Numbered from the stretch's first letter, positions 6,691 to 15,436 are shown. The stretch: DNA of 35,249 nucleotides from an uncultured Anaerolineales bacterium (GCA_964468735.1 CAYXVS010000003.1:1-35249); one strand, 5' to 3'. Numbers and translations are program-made. The notes: generated by a model from the letters alone, not told the origin.

Positions 6691-9119
6691 TTGGATCCAT
6701 TTTGATCTGGTATCTCGTAGTGCAAGGATTTGCGCTGGCGGGCCTGCCGCTGGCCTTTGGATGGTTGCGCGCGCTGCCCTCGCGCGGTTACGCGGCGGCG
6801 AAAGCGCTGGGCGTGCTCTTAGTGGGCGTGCTCCTCTGGTGGGGCGGCATCCTGCACATCTGGGGCAACACCGCCGCCGCGACGTTGGTCGCGATGGGGG
6901 GGATCTTCGCCCTGGGCCTCTGGGCGATGCGCGGGCAGTGGGCGGACGTGCGGCCCTGGCAGCGCGAGCATCGCCGCTTTGTGCTCGTGACCGAGGCGCT
7001 CTTCTTGATGGCGCTGATCCTGTGGAGCTTCGTGCGCGCCTCGCAGCCCCAGTTGCAGACGGCGGGCGGCGAAAAGTGGATGGAAATCGCCTTCCTCAAC
7101 GCCGTCCTGCGCTCGCCCGCGATGCCGCCGCACGATCCGTGGCTCTCCGGCTACGCGATCTCCTACTACTACCTGGGCTATCACCTGCTGGGGATGATCA
7201 CGCGCCTGGCCGCGCTCCCCGCGTCCATCGCGTTCAACCTGGGGAACGCGGGCTGGTTCGCGCTGGCGGCGGCGACCGCCTACGGCGTCGCCTACGACCT
7301 GCTGAATCGGCGCGATGCGCTTCGTCCGCTCCTCGGCCCGGTGATGTTGCTCCTGGCGGGCAACGGCGCGGGCTTGTTGGAGGTGCTCCACGCGCGCGGC
7401 CTGCTCCCCGCCGCCTTCTGGCGCTGGCTGGACATCGTCAATTTGAACGCCGCGCCGGAGCCGCCCTACACCTGGGCGCCGACGCGCTTCTTCTGGTGGT
7501 GGCGCGCCTCGCGCGTGATCCGCGACATCACCCCCTGGGGCGATCATCAGGAGGTCATCGACGAATTCCCCGCCTTCAGCTTTATCTTGGGCGATATGCA
7601 CCCGCATCTTCTGGCGCTGCCCTTCGTCCTGCTCGTGATCGCCCTGGCGTTTCATCTCTATAAGCAGGCGCTCGAACGCGACGAACGGCCTCGCGAGGAT
7701 GCCCGTTGGTGGGCGTCCATCCCCAAGCTGAGCGGCTACGTCATCGTGCTGGGCACGTTGGGCTTCCTCAATACGTGGGATTTCCCCCTGGGCTGGGCGC
7801 TGCTGGTCGGCGCGCTCCTGATCGGCCATCTCCAGCGACGGCGCGCGGCTGAGCCGGACTGGCATCTCGCCGCGCTCTTTGATCTGGCGTGGGATCTAAA
7901 AATCGAGGCGATCTTCTTGGGCGTGGGCAGCCTGCTCTGCTACGCGCCCTTCTGGCTGGGCTTGCGCTCGCAGGCCGGCGGGATCCTGCCCAATCTCTTC
8001 AACGCCACGCGCCTGCCCCAATTCGTCGTGATGTTCACGCCGCTGCTGATCCCCGTCGGCGGCGTGATCGTGAACGGGGCGCGCCGGGCGCGCCTCTCCT
8101 GGAAGACCGTCGCCCAATGGGCCGCGCTGGGCCTCGTGGGGATCGCGGCGCTCAGCCTGTTGATCGGCTCCGTGACCGCCTATCCCTACTTGGTCATCAT
8201 CCTGAGGGGGGAATCGGTGCAGGGCTACAACCTGCCGCCGGAGATGGCGTTAGCGGCCCTGCGACGGCGGCTCGCGAATCCGTGGACGGCGCTCCTGCTG
8301 CTGGTCGGCGTCAGCGCCGGAGGATTGGCGCTTCTGGGCTTCGGGCGCGACTCACGCAATTCGGAGCAGTCCGCGCGCCCGCCGCATTCCAGAGCGGCCC
8401 CCTTCCCGCTGATGTTGGCGCTGCTGGGGCTGCTGCTCACCTTGGCGCCGGAGTTTGTCTTCCTCAAAGACATCTTCCACACCCGGATGAACACCATCTT
8501 CAAGTTCTATTTCCAGGCGTGGATCTTGTGGAGCGTGGCCGGCGCGTGGCAAGTCGCGCGCTGGCTCGAGCGCCCGCGCGGGCGCAAGTGGGCCGCGCTG
8601 GCCGGCGTCCTCATCCTGATCGGGATGGTCTACACCGGGCTGGCGATTCCCAAGCGCGCGGAGGAGCACGGCGCGCCGTGGACGCTGGACGGCGCGGCGT
8701 GGCTAGAAGAGAGCCATCCGGCGGATTACGCCGCGATCCAGTGGCTGAACGCGAACGTCGAAGGCCGACCCGTCATCGCGGAGACGCCGGGCGACGAGCG
8801 GCGCGCCTACACCTACGAGGGGCGCATCGCGGCGCACACGGGCCTGCCCACCGTGCTGGGCTGGGCCGACCATGAGAAGCAGTGGCGCGGGACCAGCGCA
8901 GAGCAGGATCGGCGCGCGCAGGCGCTGGAGGCGCTCTTCACCACGGAAAATCCGGAGCGCGCGCACGACGTCATCGCGCAGTATCAAATCGCCTACATCT
9001 ACATCGGCCCCGTGGAGCGCGCGCGCTATCCCGACGCGGGCCTGGCCAAATTCGCGGCGATGTTCCCCCGCGTCTACGAAAGCGCGCAGGTCGTGATTTA
9101 TCGGACGGGGCACCACTAG
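6687..9119 (+). CDS. DUF2298 / Chlor_Arch_YYY-domain polytopic membrane protein (GT-C-like)
   Basis: The motif SGYAISYYYLGYHLLG is the hallmark YYY signature of the TIGR03662-type domain, and the protein has many TM helices. The start is set at ATG 6687 (MIGSILIWYLVV...), which has GGGAGGAG at 6666..6673. The track's 5' extension (6522..6686) is an Arg/Ala-rich alternate-frame overlap of the preceding gene. Confidence 0.8.
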   Translation: MIGSILIWYLVVQGFALAGLPLAFGWLRALPSRGYAAAKALGVLLVGVLLWWGGILHIWGNTAAATLVAMGGIFALGLWAMRGQWADVRPWQREHRRFVLVTEALFLMALILWSFVRASQPQLQTAGGEKWMEIAFLNAVLRSPAMPPHDPWLSGYAISYYYLGYHLLGMITRLAALPASIAFNLGNAGWFALAAATAYGVAYDLLNRRDALRPLLGPVMLLLAGNGAGLLEVLHARGLLPAAFWRWLDIVNLNAAPEPPYTWAPTRFFWWWRASRVIRDITPWGDHQEVIDEFPAFSFILGDMHPHLLALPFVLLVIALAFHLYKQALERDERPREDARWWASIPKLSGYVIVLGTLGFLNTWDFPLGWALLVGALLIGHLQRRRAAEPDWHLAALFDLAWDLKIEAIFLGVGSLLCYAPFWLGLRSQAGGILPNLFNATRLPQFVVMFTPLLIPVGGVIVNGARRARLSWKTVAQWAALGLVGIAALSLLIGSVTAYPYLVIILRGESVQGYNLPPEMALAALRRRLANPWTALLLLVGVSAGGLALLGFGRDSRNSEQSARPPHSRAAPFPLMLALLGLLLTLAPEFVFLKDIFHTRMNTIFKFYFQAWILWSVAGAWQVARWLERPRGRKWAALAGVLILIGMVYTGLAIPKRAEEHGAPWTLDGAAWLEESHPADYAAIQWLNANVEGRPVIAETPGDERRAYTYEGRIAAHTGLPTVLGWADHEKQWRGTSAEQDRRAQALEALFTTENPERAHDVIAQYQIAYIYIGPVERARYPDAGLAKFAAMFPRVYESAQVVIYRTGHH

Positions 9120-9127
9120 CTCCACAA

Positions 9128-9221
9128 CCTTCCGGGAAGCTACGCGGGACCTTTTCAAGCAAACAACAGCGCTTACGAAGCAACCTTAGCCTGTAAGAGC
9201 CATGTTTAGCTTCCCGGAAGG
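9128..9221. repeat. Palindromic intergenic element (15-nt perfect arms, 64-nt spacer), possibly related to family B
   Basis: ccttccgggaagcta (9128..9142) is the perfect reverse complement of tagcttcccggaagg (9207..9221). It lies between the DUF2298 stop and the next start. Confidence 0.7.
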
Positions 9222-9267
9222 TGAGATGACTTTACGTAATACGAACAAGGAATACTGAGGTGTTTGT

Positions 9268-11004
9268 ATGACAATAAAACAATCACATTGGCCCTGGATC
9301 ATCTTACTTCTCATCGCGGCGGGCGCGCGCTTGATCGCGCTGGGACACGCGCCGCTTGGCCCTGACGAAGCCATACAAGCGGTGGCGGCGTTGGATATTC
9401 CGCGCGGGGTCGCGTGGCCCGCCGAGGTGGACAGCCCCCTGCTCCTGGTCGGCAACGGGCTGCTCTTCGCGCTCTTCGGCGCGTCGGAGAGCGTGGCGCG
9501 CCTCCTGCCCGCGCTGGCGGGCCTCGCCCTGGTCGCGATCCCGTGGCTGTGGCGGCGCGAGGTCGGCGACTTGGGCGCGGGGACGGCCTCCGCGCTGCTG
9601 ATCTTCTCGCCGCTGGCGCTCTTCGCCTCGCGGCGCGTGGAGAGCACCACCTTGGGCGTCTTAGGCGCGGGCTTGCTCCTCGCGGCCCTCTTCCTGGGCG
9701 AGCACGAGCGCCGTCCGTGGCAGCGCCCGCTCCTGATCGCCTGCGGCATCGCGCTCGGCGTGATCGGCGGGCCGGCATTCTACGATACGCTGCTCCCCGC
9801 CTTGAGCGCGTGGCTCATCTTTCGTTGGATATCAGAGAGCGAAGCCCAAGCGGTCTCGTCGATCATCTGGCGGCGGTGGCTGCGGCCCGTGGGACTGGGA
9901 GTGGCAGCAGCGTGGTGGGTCGCCATCGGTGCGGGGTTCTACTGGGGGCATTGGGGCCGCCTGGGTCAAGGGCTAGTCGCGTGGCTGAGCGCGTGGCGCA
10001 GCGTCGCGCCGGGCCAACTCGGCGTGATGTTGCTGATGCTCTACGAGCCGCTGACGCTGCTGCTGGCCGGCGTCGGCCTGATCTTCGCCATCCGCCGGTT
10101 CGCGCTGCGCCCGCTGATGTGGGCGTTGTGGGGGATGTTGACGCTGCTCCTGACCTCGATGCGGCCGGGCGTCCCCGCCACCGGCGTCATCGCTGCGCTG
10201 CTCCCGCTGACGCTGTTGGCCGGCTATGGCGCGAGACATCTTCCCCAGGCGATGACGCACGACCAGCGGTTGATGTTCGCGCTGCACGTCGCCGTCGGCT
10301 TGGTGCTGTGGATGACGGGCGGCCTGATGTTGGCGCGCTACACCGTGGTCGGCGCGACCGTCCAGGGGTGGCCGCTGGCGTTTTTGGGCCTGGCGGCGAT
10401 TTTGGCGCTGCAGGGGATCTTGGCCGTGCTCTTCGGCTTTAGCGCGCCGGCGAACATCGCGGCGCGGGGCGCGCTCCTGGCTGTGTGCGCCGTGGCTCTG
10501 GTGCTCCAGGTGAGCTTCGCGTGGGGATTGGCGTTTGTGCGCCCCGATGATCCCGCCGAATTGGCGATCACCGCGAGCGGCTCCCCCGATTTGGCGAATC
10601 TGCGCGCAGTCGCCACAGAGCTGATGTACCAGCGCGGGGAGCGACAGGACTCGTTCGCCGTCGCCATCGTCGATGCGGACGCCGCGCTCACGGCGCTGGC
10701 GCGCTGGCAATTCCGCGACTTCACGCAGGTCGAGGTGACGCCCGCGTGGCCCGCGTCCCCGCCCGATTTGGTCATCACCCCGGCGGAGGGCGCGCCCGCA
10801 ATGCCCGCAATGAGAGAAGCGCAAGCGCCCGAAGGCGCGTGGCGCGGCGCGAACTTCGTCGCCATCACTGGCGGCAAGTACTTCCTGCCGGGATGCCAGC
10901 CCGCCTTCCCGCCCATCTGCCCGCAGACCGTGACGTGGTATCTCTACCGGAATCTGCCAACTGTCTTCCCCTCGCAGGATGTGATTTTGTGGCATCGGCC
11001 ATAA
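9268..11004 (+). CDS. GT-C-fold / PMT_2-like polytopic membrane glycosyltransferase-family protein (TIGR03663-like)
   Basis: The N-terminus ...AAGARLIALGHAPLGPDEAIQAV... carries the DE motif in the first loop, as in ArnT/PMT_2-type proteins. About 11 TM helices are followed by a soluble C-terminal domain. GAGGTG lies 6 nt upstream of the ATG. This family commonly sits next to Chlor_Arch_YYY proteins. Confidence 0.6.
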   Translation: MTIKQSHWPWIILLLIAAGARLIALGHAPLGPDEAIQAVAALDIPRGVAWPAEVDSPLLLVGNGLLFALFGASESVARLLPALAGLALVAIPWLWRREVGDLGAGTASALLIFSPLALFASRRVESTTLGVLGAGLLLAALFLGEHERRPWQRPLLIACGIALGVIGGPAFYDTLLPALSAWLIFRWISESEAQAVSSIIWRRWLRPVGLGVAAAWWVAIGAGFYWGHWGRLGQGLVAWLSAWRSVAPGQLGVMLLMLYEPLTLLLAGVGLIFAIRRFALRPLMWALWGMLTLLLTSMRPGVPATGVIAALLPLTLLAGYGARHLPQAMTHDQRLMFALHVAVGLVLWMTGGLMLARYTVVGATVQGWPLAFLGLAAILALQGILAVLFGFSAPANIAARGALLAVCAVALVLQVSFAWGLAFVRPDDPAELAITASGSPDLANLRAVATELMYQRGERQDSFAVAIVDADAALTALARWQFRDFTQVEVTPAWPASPPDLVITPAEGAPAMPAMREAQAPEGAWRGANFVAITGGKYFLPGCQPAFPPICPQTVTWYLYRNLPTVFPSQDVILWHRP

Positions 11005-11016
11005 AGGAAAGAAAAT

Positions 11017-12249
11017 ATGCCCTCTAATAACTTAATGACAGACAAAGCACAGACATATCTCCAGCACTTATGCGTAGCGATCCCCAACCGGCGCGTGGGC
11101 AGCGAGGGCAATCGCGCGGCGACGGACTTCTTCGCCGGGACGGTCTCGGCCTTCGGCTTTGAGGTCGCCACACCGCGCTTCGAGTGCATCGACTGGCGCG
11201 AGGCGGGCGCCGATCTCACGGTGGGCGGGGTCTCTTTCGACAGTGATTTACACGTCAGCCCCTACTCCCTGGGCTGCGAGGCGCGCGCGCCGTTGGCCGT
11301 CGTCGCCTCGGTGGCGGAGTTGGAGGCCGCCAATCTCACCGACGCCATCGTCCTGCTGCGCGGGGAGATCACCAAGGAGCCGTTGATGCCCAAGAACTTC
11401 CCCTTCTACAACCCAGAAGCGCATCAACACATCATCCATCTACTGGAGAGCCAGCAACCGGCGGCCATCATCGCCGCGACGACGCGCAGCCCGGAGTTGG
11501 CAGGCGCGGTCTACCCCTTCCCCTTTATCGAGGATGGCGATGTGGACATTCCCTCCGTTTACGTGACAGAGGAGGCGGGGATGCGATTGGCCGAGCATGC
11601 CGGCGATATGGCGACGCTTGAGATCCGCGCCGCGCGCCGGGCCGCCACCGACGTCAACGTCATCGCCCGCAAGGGCGCCGATCCCCACCGGCGGGTCGTG
11701 CTCTTCGCGCACATCGACGCCAAAGACGGCACGCCGGGCGCGTTGGATAACGCCAGCGGGGTCACGGTGCTGCTGTTATTGGCGGAACTGCTGGCCGATT
11801 ACGCCGGCGACCTCGGCATCGAGATCGTGGCCTTAAACGGCGAGGATTATTACGACAATCCGGGCCAACGCCAATACCTCAGCCGCAACGCAAGCAGGTT
11901 CGAGGAGATCGTCCTGGGCGTCAACCTGGACGGCGGGGGCTATCATCGCGGGCGCACGGCCTACTCCCTGTACGGCTGCCCGCCCGCGCTGGCCGATCCC
12001 ATCCACGCGGCTTTTGATTCATACAGCACGCTGATCGAAGGGGAGCCGTGGTATCAGGGCGATCACGGCATCTTCCTGATGCACGAGCGCCCGACGCTGG
12101 CGCTGACCTCGGAGTTGCTGATGGAGATTATGACCAAGATCGTCCACACGTCCCGCGACAAGCCGGAGATCGTCGCAACGAATCAGCTCGTCGCTAGCGC
12201 GCGGGCGCTGCGGGATCTGGTGCGGAAGCTGAACTCACAGTGTGTATAG
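11017..12249 (+). CDS. M28-family zinc metallopeptidase (aminopeptidase-like)
   Basis: Three M28-type motifs are present: the metal ligands LFAHIDAKDGTPGALDNASGVTVLLLLAELL, then VALNGEDYY in the position of the EE motif, and the late IVHTSRD motif. The RBS AAAGGAAAG is upstream. Confidence 0.7.
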   Translation: MPSNNLMTDKAQTYLQHLCVAIPNRRVGSEGNRAATDFFAGTVSAFGFEVATPRFECIDWREAGADLTVGGVSFDSDLHVSPYSLGCEARAPLAVVASVAELEAANLTDAIVLLRGEITKEPLMPKNFPFYNPEAHQHIIHLLESQQPAAIIAATTRSPELAGAVYPFPFIEDGDVDIPSVYVTEEAGMRLAEHAGDMATLEIRAARRAATDVNVIARKGADPHRRVVLFAHIDAKDGTPGALDNASGVTVLLLLAELLADYAGDLGIEIVALNGEDYYDNPGQRQYLSRNASRFEEIVLGVNLDGGGYHRGRTAYSLYGCPPALADPIHAAFDSYSTLIEGEPWYQGDHGIFLMHERPTLALTSELLMEIMTKIVHTSRDKPEIVATNQLVASARALRDLVRKLNSQCV

Positions 12250-12288
12250 TATCCAGTCCAATCCTCGTGAACCAAGGAGCTACCCAAG

Positions 12289-12693
12289 ATGACCAAAGAG
12301 AAAAATGAAACTGTACATGTGTTGTTAGTGGAAGATCACGATCTTTTGCTAATGGCGATTGCGGATCTTATGGAATGTGAGGGCTACACGGTACATCAGG
12401 CCGCCAACGGTGTAGAAGCGATCCCCCTGTTGGCCCAATACAATATCGATGTAGCCCTTATCAACTGGGAGATGCCAGAAATGAATGGCCTGGAATTGTC
12501 AGATTATATGCATGAGAGACCTCGTTACGCTAAGATACCAATTGTGCTGTTTAGCGCCAAAGAAATAACGGAGGAAATCCTCCGCACTCACGGATTACAA
12601 GGCTTCTTTGAAAAGCCTTTTGATCCCACTGAATTATACCAAATCGTCCAGGATGTTTTGAAGGACGCCAAAACAACAAAGAAAAATCCGTGA
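12289..12693 (+). CDS. Stand-alone CheY-like receiver domain protein with Asn in place of the phospho-acceptor Asp (pseudo-receiver)
   Basis: The protein aligns with CheY throughout. VLLVEDHD matches the acidic pocket, IDVALINWEMPEMNGLEL aligns to GFVISDWNMPNMDGLEL, IVLFSAK matches the T87 position, and EKPF matches K109-P110. Codon AAC at 12463..12465 occupies the D57 position. AAGGAG lies 9 nt upstream of the ATG. Confidence 0.85.
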   Translation: MTKEKNETVHVLLVEDHDLLLMAIADLMECEGYTVHQAANGVEAIPLLAQYNIDVALINWEMPEMNGLELSDYMHERPRYAKIPIVLFSAKEITEEILRTHGLQGFFEKPFDPTELYQIVQDVLKDAKTTKKNP

Positions 12694-12775
12694 AGAGCAG
12701 ATCACTGGCGGGCTGAATCTGGGGAGACACACCTTTTGAGCCGGAGAACAACTAATATCTGGAGGAGAGAAAAAA

Positions 12776-13165
12776 ATGAGCGAGGGGAATGGAAGCAAAA
12801 CCGTCAATATCGTGCGCTGGATCGCGAGGATCTCCGCCGGGCTGACCGCCGCGCTGATCCTGATCATCTTTATCGGCGAAGGCATCTCAGAGGGATTTGA
12901 GTCGCTTCTCCACCTATCCACGCGCGAGTCCTTGATGATGGTCGCCTTCTTCGCCGTGTGGCTGGGCCTGGTGTTGGGCTGGCGCTGGGAACTGTACGGC
13001 GCGCTGCTCACCATCGGCGGGTTGATCGCCTTCTACCTGCTGGATTATCTCTTCTCCGGAACCTTTCCACGCGGGCCATTCTTCCTCCTCTTCGCTGCGC
13101 CCAGCCTGCTCTTTTTCTACTGCGGGCTACAGGAACGGAAGGCTGCGAGCGACGCGGGCGATTGA
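12776..13165 (+). CDS. Small integral membrane protein (about 4 TM helices), function unknown
   Basis: 129-aa ORF with GGAGGAG 7 nt upstream. It has four hydrophobic segments and is followed by an intrinsic terminator. Confidence 0.55.
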   Translation: MSEGNGSKTVNIVRWIARISAGLTAALILIIFIGEGISEGFESLLHLSTRESLMMVAFFAVWLGLVLGWRWELYGALLTIGGLIAFYLLDYLFSGTFPRGPFFLLFAAPSLLFFYCGLQERKAASDAGD

Positions 13166-13193
13166 TTCCAGCCTTCATAGGGTTGACGCTCGA

Positions 13194-13226
13194 CGGCCCC
13201 ATCCAAGACGGATGGGGCCGTTTTTA
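13194..13226 (+). terminator. Rho-independent terminator
   Basis: The stem pairs cggccccatcc (13194..13204) with ggatggggccg (13210..13220) around a 5-nt loop, followed by TTTTT (13221..13225). Confidence 0.75.
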
Positions 13227-13313
13227 GTTTCTGTTGGGCAACATGAGGTGAGAATCGCAACAAGGCTATGGAAACTGACAGTTTGCCTCCAGTCCAATCA
13301 GGACACAGGGCCT

Positions 13314-14249
13314 TCACATCAAACGGTCGTACAGCACCTCGAGGTTGATCGTGGGACAGACCGTGGCATCGCACTCTAAGGTCTGCGCGGCGGCCGCCAT
13401 GCCCAAACGGACAGCCTCGCCCGGCGAGACATCCTCCAGCAGGCCGAAGGCCACCGCCGCCGTCAACGCATCGCCCACGCCGGTGGCGTCCACCACATCG
13501 ACGGGGAACGCCGGCACGCGCCCGTTTTCCTCGGTGGTGGCATAGTACAATCCCTCGGCGCCCAGCGTGATGACGGCCAAATCGACGCCTAATTGCACCA
13601 ACCGCTGCGCCCCTTGGGCAATCGCCTCGTCGTTATCCAGGGTCTCGCCCAAGAGCGCCTCGGCCTCCAGCTTATCGGGCGTGAGCACGGTGATCTCCGG
13701 GAGGTAGGGGTGCAGGCGATGGGTCAACAGCGCCGCCGTGGGATCCACGCAGACCGGCGCCTCGTAGGTTCGGGTGAGCCGGAAGAGGGTGCGCAGGGCA
13801 TTGGCGGAGAGGTTCGCATCGATGCAGACCATATCCGCTGATTTGACCAATCCTCGGCGCTGATAGAGATAGCCCGGCGTGATCTGCCGGATGATCTCCA
13901 TGTCGTCAAAGCCGAGCCAGAATTCACCGTCCAGATGGTGCAGGCGGACATAAGAGCTGGTCGATTGATCCGGCACGACCAACACCTCGTCGGTGTTGAT
14001 CTGCAAGTGCTTGAGATTCTCCAGCAGGCGCTCGCCCCATTCGTCATCGCCCACGGCGGTGATGAACTGGACGTCGGCGCCCAGCCGCGCCATATTCTCC
14101 GCGATGTTGCGCGCCACGCCGCCCCACTCGCATCGAATCCGCCCCGGATTTGAGCGCCCCGGTTCCAAAGCAGGGGAGAGCGGCCAGACCTTCATATCTA
14201 ATCCGGCCGCGCCAATGACCAGCACCTGATGTTCGCTGCCATTCATCAT
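13314..14249 (-). CDS. PfkB-family kinase, pseudouridine kinase (YeiC/PsuK)-like
   Basis: The N-terminus is VLVIGAAGLDM. SNPGRIRCEWGGVARNIAENMARLGADVQFITAVGDD closely resembles E. coli YeiC (SNPGKIKFTPGGVGRNIAQNLALLG). The PfkB signature 2 is VVDATGVGDALTAAV. The ATG overlaps the stop of the upstream ORF (ATGA at 14249..14246). Confidence 0.75.
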   Translation of the reverse strand: MMNGSEHQVLVIGAAGLDMKVWPLSPALEPGRSNPGRIRCEWGGVARNIAENMARLGADVQFITAVGDDEWGERLLENLKHLQINTDEVLVVPDQSTSSYVRLHHLDGEFWLGFDDMEIIRQITPGYLYQRRGLVKSADMVCIDANLSANALRTLFRLTRTYEAPVCVDPTAALLTHRLHPYLPEITVLTPDKLEAEALLGETLDNDEAIAQGAQRLVQLGVDLAVITLGAEGLYYATTEENGRVPAFPVDVVDATGVGDALTAAVAFGLLEDVSPGEAVRLGMAAAAQTLECDATVCPTINLEVLYDRLM

Positions 14250-15202
14250 ACATCCTCCTGTTGCTCTCTGATAAGGGCCTGGGGGATGCCCACGAATCCC
14301 TCCGGCCGCCTGCGCGGACGAAAGACCACCCGCCCATCGGATCTCCGGGTAAAAGGTTGTTCCTCGCTCAAGCTAACCCCCTCGGCGGGCGACGCCTGCG
14401 ACGTCACTTGAAGCAAGAGGATATCCTCGGCCCGACTTTCGGGCAATAAATAGCCATCCGAGGGGATCTTAAGCGCGAGATAGTGCATCCCCGGATGGAG
14501 TTGCAAAAAAGAGAGCGGACCAATGTCTAAGGGGATCAACGTCGGCGGTAGATGGCGCCTGAGCACCTCGCCGGGCAGTGTGAGGTGAAAGGGGTAAATG
14601 GGATACGCGCCGGTCAGGACGACGACTTGGTTGATCAGTTCGTATAGCGGCGCGATGACGGTGAATTCATCCACGGGCAACTGCGATAACAGCGAGGTCA
14701 GGCTGGACATCCAACGCGCTACGGCCTGGCACGCCTGCACGCGGTCGGATCGATGTTGGAACCCCCAGAAGCGCTCGTTTTCCGCCAGGAGCGTGTGGGT
14801 CTGCGCGAAGGTCTGGCGCACTTTTTCTTCGAAGCGGAGGACGTAGTGGATGACGCCCTCGAAGTAGACGATCATCGCCTCGTTGTAGCGCGCGACCTGC
14901 GTCACCGAAAGCTCTATCGAATTCAAGGCCCAGCCGATCTGCTCGAGAGCCTCTTCCGGGCGCTGGAGACGCCACAGCACATCCGCCTGCAACGCCCGCG
15001 CCAGTGCGGCCGCCTCGCGCTGATGGGCCTGCCACGCGGTGGAGAAGATGCGCTCGGCGATAGCTAGCGCCTCCTCTAATCGCCCCTCTGCGACTGCGCG
15101 CCGCACATCTGTTTCCAGCGGATCGCGAAAATCCGCCGGGATGTCCTCCAGCGCCAACAGCGTCGATAACGTCAGCGCTTCAGGGAGACAGACAAAACGC
15201 AT
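14246..15202 (-). CDS. Hypothetical protein (318 aa): helical N-terminal half, beta-rich C-terminal half, no recognised catalytic motif
   Basis: This is a long ORF with coding-like composition. The start is moved to ATG 15202 (MRFVCLPEAL...) because the track's 11-codon extension is encoded by the family C repeat motif. The C-terminal segment HYLALKIPSDGYLLPESRAEDILLLQV...DGRVVFRP...GFVGIPQALI loosely resembles an S24/LexA-type beta-domain but lacks the Ser/Lys dyad. That resemblance is weak. Confidence 0.6.
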   Translation of the reverse strand: MRFVCLPEALTLSTLLALEDIPADFRDPLETDVRRAVAEGRLEEALAIAERIFSTAWQAHQREAAALARALQADVLWRLQRPEEALEQIGWALNSIELSVTQVARYNEAMIVYFEGVIHYVLRFEEKVRQTFAQTHTLLAENERFWGFQHRSDRVQACQAVARWMSSLTSLLSQLPVDEFTVIAPLYELINQVVVLTGAYPIYPFHLTLPGEVLRRHLPPTLIPLDIGPLSFLQLHPGMHYLALKIPSDGYLLPESRAEDILLLQVTSQASPAEGVSLSEEQPFTRRSDGRVVFRPRRRPEGFVGIPQALIREQQEDV

Positions 15203-15205
15203 AAG

Positions 15206-15420
15206 CCGTTCCAAGAAGATAAACCTCCCAAACACGACCTATTCTCTGGGGGTATCCATTTAGTTTCATGAGCAACCCAAGGTGCAACGCACTTGAACCA
15301 AAAGAAAAGTAACTCCTCATGCGTATATGCCTGGTGATAGGTCTAAAAGTGCGTTGCACCTCACAAGACTAAACGGTTGCCTCTGGGGAAAAGTATTGAG
15401 CTTGGGAGGTTTTAAATTTT
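15206..15420 (+). repeat. Composite nested palindromic element: family C outer arms enclosing family A copy 2
   Basis: The outer arms aaacctcccaa (15221..15231) and ttgggaggttt (15402..15412) are reverse complements. The inner family A core spans 15256..15381, with stem 15280..15294 pairing 15347..15361 (15/15) and a 52-nt loop. The orientation is antisense to both flanking minus-strand genes. Confidence 0.8.
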
Positions 15421-15436
15421 CAATCTCCATGACCTC

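Noticed and set aside
5105-11836. Dozens of 60-350-aa overlapping ORFs in other frames across the 4.8-12.2 kb region, for example 5286..6050, 6761..7663, 6819..7865, 7889..8875, 9414..10442 and 9973..10995.
   Set aside because: These have the same shadow-ORF signature: R/P/A/G-rich and no motifs. Each is fully contained in a longer ORF with recognisable membrane, GAF or M28 features.
15203-15235. 11-codon GTG-initiated extension of the 318-aa ORF (MFGRFIFLERL).
   Set aside because: It is encoded entirely by the family C repeat arm, which recurs in non-coding contexts at 18355 and 3717.
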